Positions 33,801-36,800 of a stretch of DNA of 36,800 nucleotides are shown piece by piece. The DNA comes from Acutalibacteraceae bacterium. GTDB lineage: Bacteria > Bacillota > Clostridia > Oscillospirales > Acutalibacteraceae. The position numbers were made by a program, and so were the translations under genes. How positions within the stretch are numbered: the first letter of the stretch is position 1; each line of letters starts with the position of its first letter. Below the pieces are notes generated by a model. The model saw nothing but the letters and a program-made list of their open reading frames with translations, made no database searches and was not told the DNA's origin. The stretch is from NCBI GenBank assembly GCA_045660705.1, contig JAZREH010000070.1, positions 1 to 36,800 of the forward strand, read 5' to 3'.

Positions 33801-35245
33801 TTTTCTGCCACCTTTCGGGACGCTTTCTTAAAGTAACGCACCTCGCTGTAAACAATCAGCACTATGAACAGTACAACTGCAATAGCAAAGATATAAAAAT
33901 ACTTTTCAATAATTTGACCGCGGTAAAGGTTGTATGCTTTGCTATAACCTTCCTTGTTGTCAGACACCTTGAAGTATTCCATTGCCTCCTTATATTCGCC
34001 CTCCATAAGACGGCTATATCCGATACCCGTATAGGCGACATAATAGTTAGCGTTAAGCGTGAGTGCCTTTTCGTAATTTTCTGTTGCGGCACTCCACTGA
34101 CCGTTATAGTACTGTCTTTCGGCATCAAGCATAAGTTTGCCAAACTCTGTAGCAGTATAAACAAACGCCCTTGCGGGGTTGCGGTCAGTAATTATAAGGT
34201 CGGTACCGCTCCACTCAATACCGCTTGGAGTTTTAAGTTGACCGTAATTATCGCCAAGTGATGAAAAGACACTTAACAGATATCCGTTATAGTTATAAAT
34301 GAATACTCTGCCCGCCTTGCGGTCAAGTACGGCATAGGTGCCAAAGTCCGAAACCGCAACATCGACAAACTCACTTCCGCCGTCGGTGTTAACAAAATAC
34401 ATCTCATCATCGCCCGATATCTTCTGTCCGTCGGGCGTGCATATTATATTTTCACCCTTTGCATTAAAGCGAAAAACCTTATCCTCCGAGGTTGCATCGT
34501 GGGATACAGCATACACCAAATCGTCACCGTCAATGCTTATGTTACTGAAACCTGGGGCATAGGTTTTATACATCTGTGCAAGTTGTTCTTCGCTGGCAAA
34601 ATTTTTCCAGAAATAGTCGATCAGGTCATATTCGGGGGTATTAGCACCCATATAACGCGAAAACTTACCCTCTGTATCAAGTTCAACAAGACCCTCGGTA
34701 GTTCCGCTGACACTGAAATATATCTTACCCGACGATGAAACTGCAATCTTTGACGGCTCAAAGTCGGCATCGTCAGGATAATTTTCGGGTTGGTTAATTA
34801 CAAATGCGAGTTCAAGCGTCGAAAGATTCAAAACAACAATTCTTTCGGCACCTGTGTCGGCAATATATATAAGATTGTCACGGATAAACATACCCTCGGG
34901 CGCTTTAAGCGCAATAGCGTTGCCATCAGCCTCATAGACGGTGCTTACCGATGCCTTTAATGTAAAATCCTGTTTTGAAAAGACATACAGTGCTGCACCC
35001 TCGCTGTCAAGCAGATAGATATTATTACCTGACACCGCGACATCGCCTATACCGCCAAAACGCATACCGCCGTCTAATTTACTGTTATCAATTACAGCCT
35101 TTAAAATGTGTGACGGGGTGGACGCCACCATCTCGCCGTCGTGATATGTATAATTGTTTTCGGTGGTGTTCTGTGCAAAAGCGGTGATACCAAAAGTACA
35201 CGCACAAATCAGAACCGTACACAACAAAACAAATACCTTTTTCAC
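33797..35245 (-). CDS. secreted NHL-like beta-propeller + TPR protein with a C-terminal TM anchor
   Basis: I place the start at GTG 35245 (GGGAAG 7 nt upstream, 19 nt after the permease stop), not 35389. Signal peptide VKKVFVLLCTVLICACTFGITAFA. Repeated blades are visible (GDVAVSGNNIYLLDSEGAALYVF, PEGMFIRDNLIYIADTGAERIVVL, PSKIAVSSSGKIYF, VDVAVSDFGTYAVLDRKAGRVFIY, PSGIEWSGTDLIITDRNPARAFVY). TPR-like YYNGQWSAATENYEKALTLNANYYVAYTGIGYSRLMEGEYKEAMEYF follows, then a TM helix (33839..33901) + RYFKKASRKVAEK. Confidence 0.65.
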   Translation of the reverse strand: MKKVFVLLCTVLICACTFGITAFAQNTTENNYTYHDGEMVASTPSHILKAVIDNSKLDGGMRFGGIGDVAVSGNNIYLLDSEGAALYVFSKQDFTLKASVSTVYEADGNAIALKAPEGMFIRDNLIYIADTGAERIVVLNLSTLELAFVINQPENYPDDADFEPSKIAVSSSGKIYFSVSGTTEGLVELDTEGKFSRYMGANTPEYDLIDYFWKNFASEEQLAQMYKTYAPGFSNISIDGDDLVYAVSHDATSEDKVFRFNAKGENIICTPDGQKISGDDEMYFVNTDGGSEFVDVAVSDFGTYAVLDRKAGRVFIYNYNGYLLSVFSSLGDNYGQLKTPSGIEWSGTDLIITDRNPARAFVYTATEFGKLMLDAERQYYNGQWSAATENYEKALTLNANYYVAYTGIGYSRLMEGEYKEAMEYFKVSDNKEGYSKAYNLYRGQIIEKYFYIFAIAVVLFIVLIVYSEVRYFKKASRKVAEK

Positions 35246-35264
35246 ACAGTCACTTCCCTTAAAT

Positions 35265-36155
35265 TTATTCTTTGATGCCCGACGATGCCATCGTTTCGAT
35301 GACATTACTTTGTGAAAATACAAAAACGGTAATAGGAACAATAAGCATAAGAAGTGATACCGCAGATGCGACACCTGTACGCGCAACACCTGAATTTACT
35401 ATCTGTGCAATAGCAAAAGTAAGGGGTTTGCGGCTTTCGGTGTAGATATAACTTCCGCCCGTTTCGCCCCACAGTGTCTGGAACGAAAGGATAACAAGGG
35501 TTATCCACGCAGGCTTACTTACAGGCATTATTATCGACCAGTAAATCTTGAAATCGTGTGCACCGTCGATGGTAGCCGCCTCGATAAGCGCATCAGGAAT
35601 CTGCTCCATAAAACTCTTAAGCAAAAACACGCCAAGTGTTCCCGCAAAAACGGGCAACAGCACCGCAAAATATGTATCAAGCATATTGAGATACGACATA
35701 ATTATGTATACGGGTGTTGCAAGTATCGTGGCGTTAAACATAAGTGCATACTGTACCGTCTGGAATATACCCTTTGAGCCAGGGAAACGGAACTTTGCCA
35801 GCGGATATGCCGCCAAAGAACTGATTATAACGGTGCCGAATGTTCCGAACAGCGTGATAAACAAGGTATTGAAAATGTAGCGTGAAAGAGGTACCCACGA
35901 ATTTGAAATAATTACCTTTAAATCGACAAAGTTGTCGATAGTGGGATTCATAACAAACAGGCGCGGCGGAAAAAGGAATATTTCGTTAAGCGGTTTAAAC
36001 GCGTTATTGGCAATCAGAACAAGCGGCCAGACGCTGAAAACCGCAAACAATCCCAAAAACGCAAACAAGCAGATATCAACCGACAGGCTTCTGTTTTTCC
36101 GTTTGAATTTGAACCTTCTGTATCTTTGTACCAGATTTAATTTCTTCAAATCCAA
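35265..36155 (-). CDS. carbohydrate ABC transporter permease (MalG type)
   Basis: 296 aa with EAA loop PDALIEAATIDGAHDFKIYWSIIMPVSKP. TTG start 5 nt after GGAGG. Confidence 0.85.
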   Translation of the reverse strand: MDLKKLNLVQRYRRFKFKRKNRSLSVDICLFAFLGLFAVFSVWPLVLIANNAFKPLNEIFLFPPRLFVMNPTIDNFVDLKVIISNSWVPLSRYIFNTLFITLFGTFGTVIISSLAAYPLAKFRFPGSKGIFQTVQYALMFNATILATPVYIIMSYLNMLDTYFAVLLPVFAGTLGVFLLKSFMEQIPDALIEAATIDGAHDFKIYWSIIMPVSKPAWITLVILSFQTLWGETGGSYIYTESRKPLTFAIAQIVNSGVARTGVASAVSLLMLIVPITVFVFSQSNVIETMASSGIKE

Positions 36156-36190
36156 ATACGCCTCCTTTCAAGATTTTAACAAAACAATTA

Positions 36191-36800
36191 TTACAGTTTA
36201 CGCAACAGTTTCTGAACAATTAGGTTTGACATCATCATTATAAAGAAAAGTGTAACGGCGATTGCCGATGCGTAACCCATTTCAAGCCTTAATGTACCGT
36301 AGTCCTGCAGGTGGGTAAGTATTGTATGACCCGCATAATTGACCGACGGGAAACCTGCAAGTTGTGTCGATATTGTAGATACAGAAAATGACGACGATAT
36401 CTGCATTACCGCACCGAACAGCAACTGCCCTTTCATTGCGGGCAGGGTCAGATACCACAGTTCCTGCCAACGATTGCGTATACCGTCAACGCTCCCTGCC
36501 TCGTAAAGTGAACGGTCGACATTCTGGAAACCTGCGATAAACGACAGGAAACTGACACCAAGGCTCATCCACAACTGAACGACTATAAGAACGGGCAGAA
36601 CATAGTCAGCATTTTCAAACCACAAAATCGGCTCGTCAACAATGCCCATACTCAAAAGCAGTGCGTTTGCGTAACCGTACATATCCGAAGAAAATATAAG
36701 TTTCCAGATAAGGAACGCACTACCCGAGATTGACGGCGCATAAAACACAAGTGTTAAAAAGGCACGCATGCGCGGTTTAAAGTTATTTATTATCCACGCA
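36191..36800 (-). CDS. carbohydrate ABC transporter permease (MalF/LplB type), 5'-truncated by the window edge
   Basis: EAA loop DRSLYEAGSVDGIRNRWQELWYLTLPAMKG. The frame stays open upstream of the Met at 36769 (..AWIINNFKPRMRAFLTLVFYAP), so the gene starts beyond 36800. Confidence 0.8.
   Translation of the reverse strand, partial: AWIINNFKPRMRAFLTLVFYAPSISGSAFLIWKLIFSSDMYGYANALLLSMGIVDEPILWFENADYVLPVLIVVQLWMSLGVSFLSFIAGFQNVDRSLYEAGSVDGIRNRWQELWYLTLPAMKGQLLFGAVMQISSSFSVSTISTQLAGFPSVNYAGHTILTHLQDYGTLRLEMGYASAIAVTLFFIMMMSNLIVQKLLRKL

Overview
This 36.8-kb window reads like a Clostridia (Firmicutes) chromosome. Two type-I dockerin modules suggest a cellulosome/amylosome-forming, Ruminococcus-like organism, but that is inference only. 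There are three blocks. (1) 1-7.8 kb holds a 1070-aa DUF5107+TPR protein (minus strand), divergent from an AraC regulator that is translationally coupled to a Gfo/Idh/MocA oxidoreductase. A YyaL-type thioredoxin-domain (DUF255) protein and a 45-codon ORF missing from the ORF track follow. (2) 7.85-8.45 kb is a decay scar. It holds the first 53 codons of a CwlD-like amidase behind an intact consensus promoter, and the last ~76 codons of a HAD hydrolase. (3) 8.5-36.8 kb is 28 kb transcribed entirely from the minus strand. It looks like a Gram-positive polysaccharide-utilisation locus in three transcription units separated by intrinsic terminators. Unit A (36800->18428) has at least 10 tightly coupled genes: ABC permease pair / NHL-propeller+TPR membrane protein / Yip1-like membrane protein / 866-aa N-anchored DUF5696-like protein / second ABC permease pair / cytoplasmic GH43-like enzyme / membrane-anchored GH43 / 1544-aa membrane-anchored array of CBM-like modules / 693-aa dockerin-bearing paralogue. 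Unit B (18200->10859) has a 1392-aa GH43-CBM-dockerin enzyme / nucleoside hydrolase / GH35 beta-galactosidase / small ORF. Unit C is a GH36 alpha-galactosidase. I see no rRNA, tRNA, CRISPR, transposase, solute-binding protein, ABC ATPase, cohesin or locus-specific regulator. Three things stand out. First, the uncharacterised NHL/Yip1/DUF5696-like trio sits between two permease pairs. Second, both the GH43 enzyme and the catalytic-domain-free CBM-like array protein exist in a membrane-tethered and a dockerin-tethered version. Third, a 101-nt inverted-repeat element lies in the leader of the dockerin GH43 gene. All family assignments are by-eye motif recognition, domain borders are approximate (about +/-30 nt), and nothing was searched against a database.
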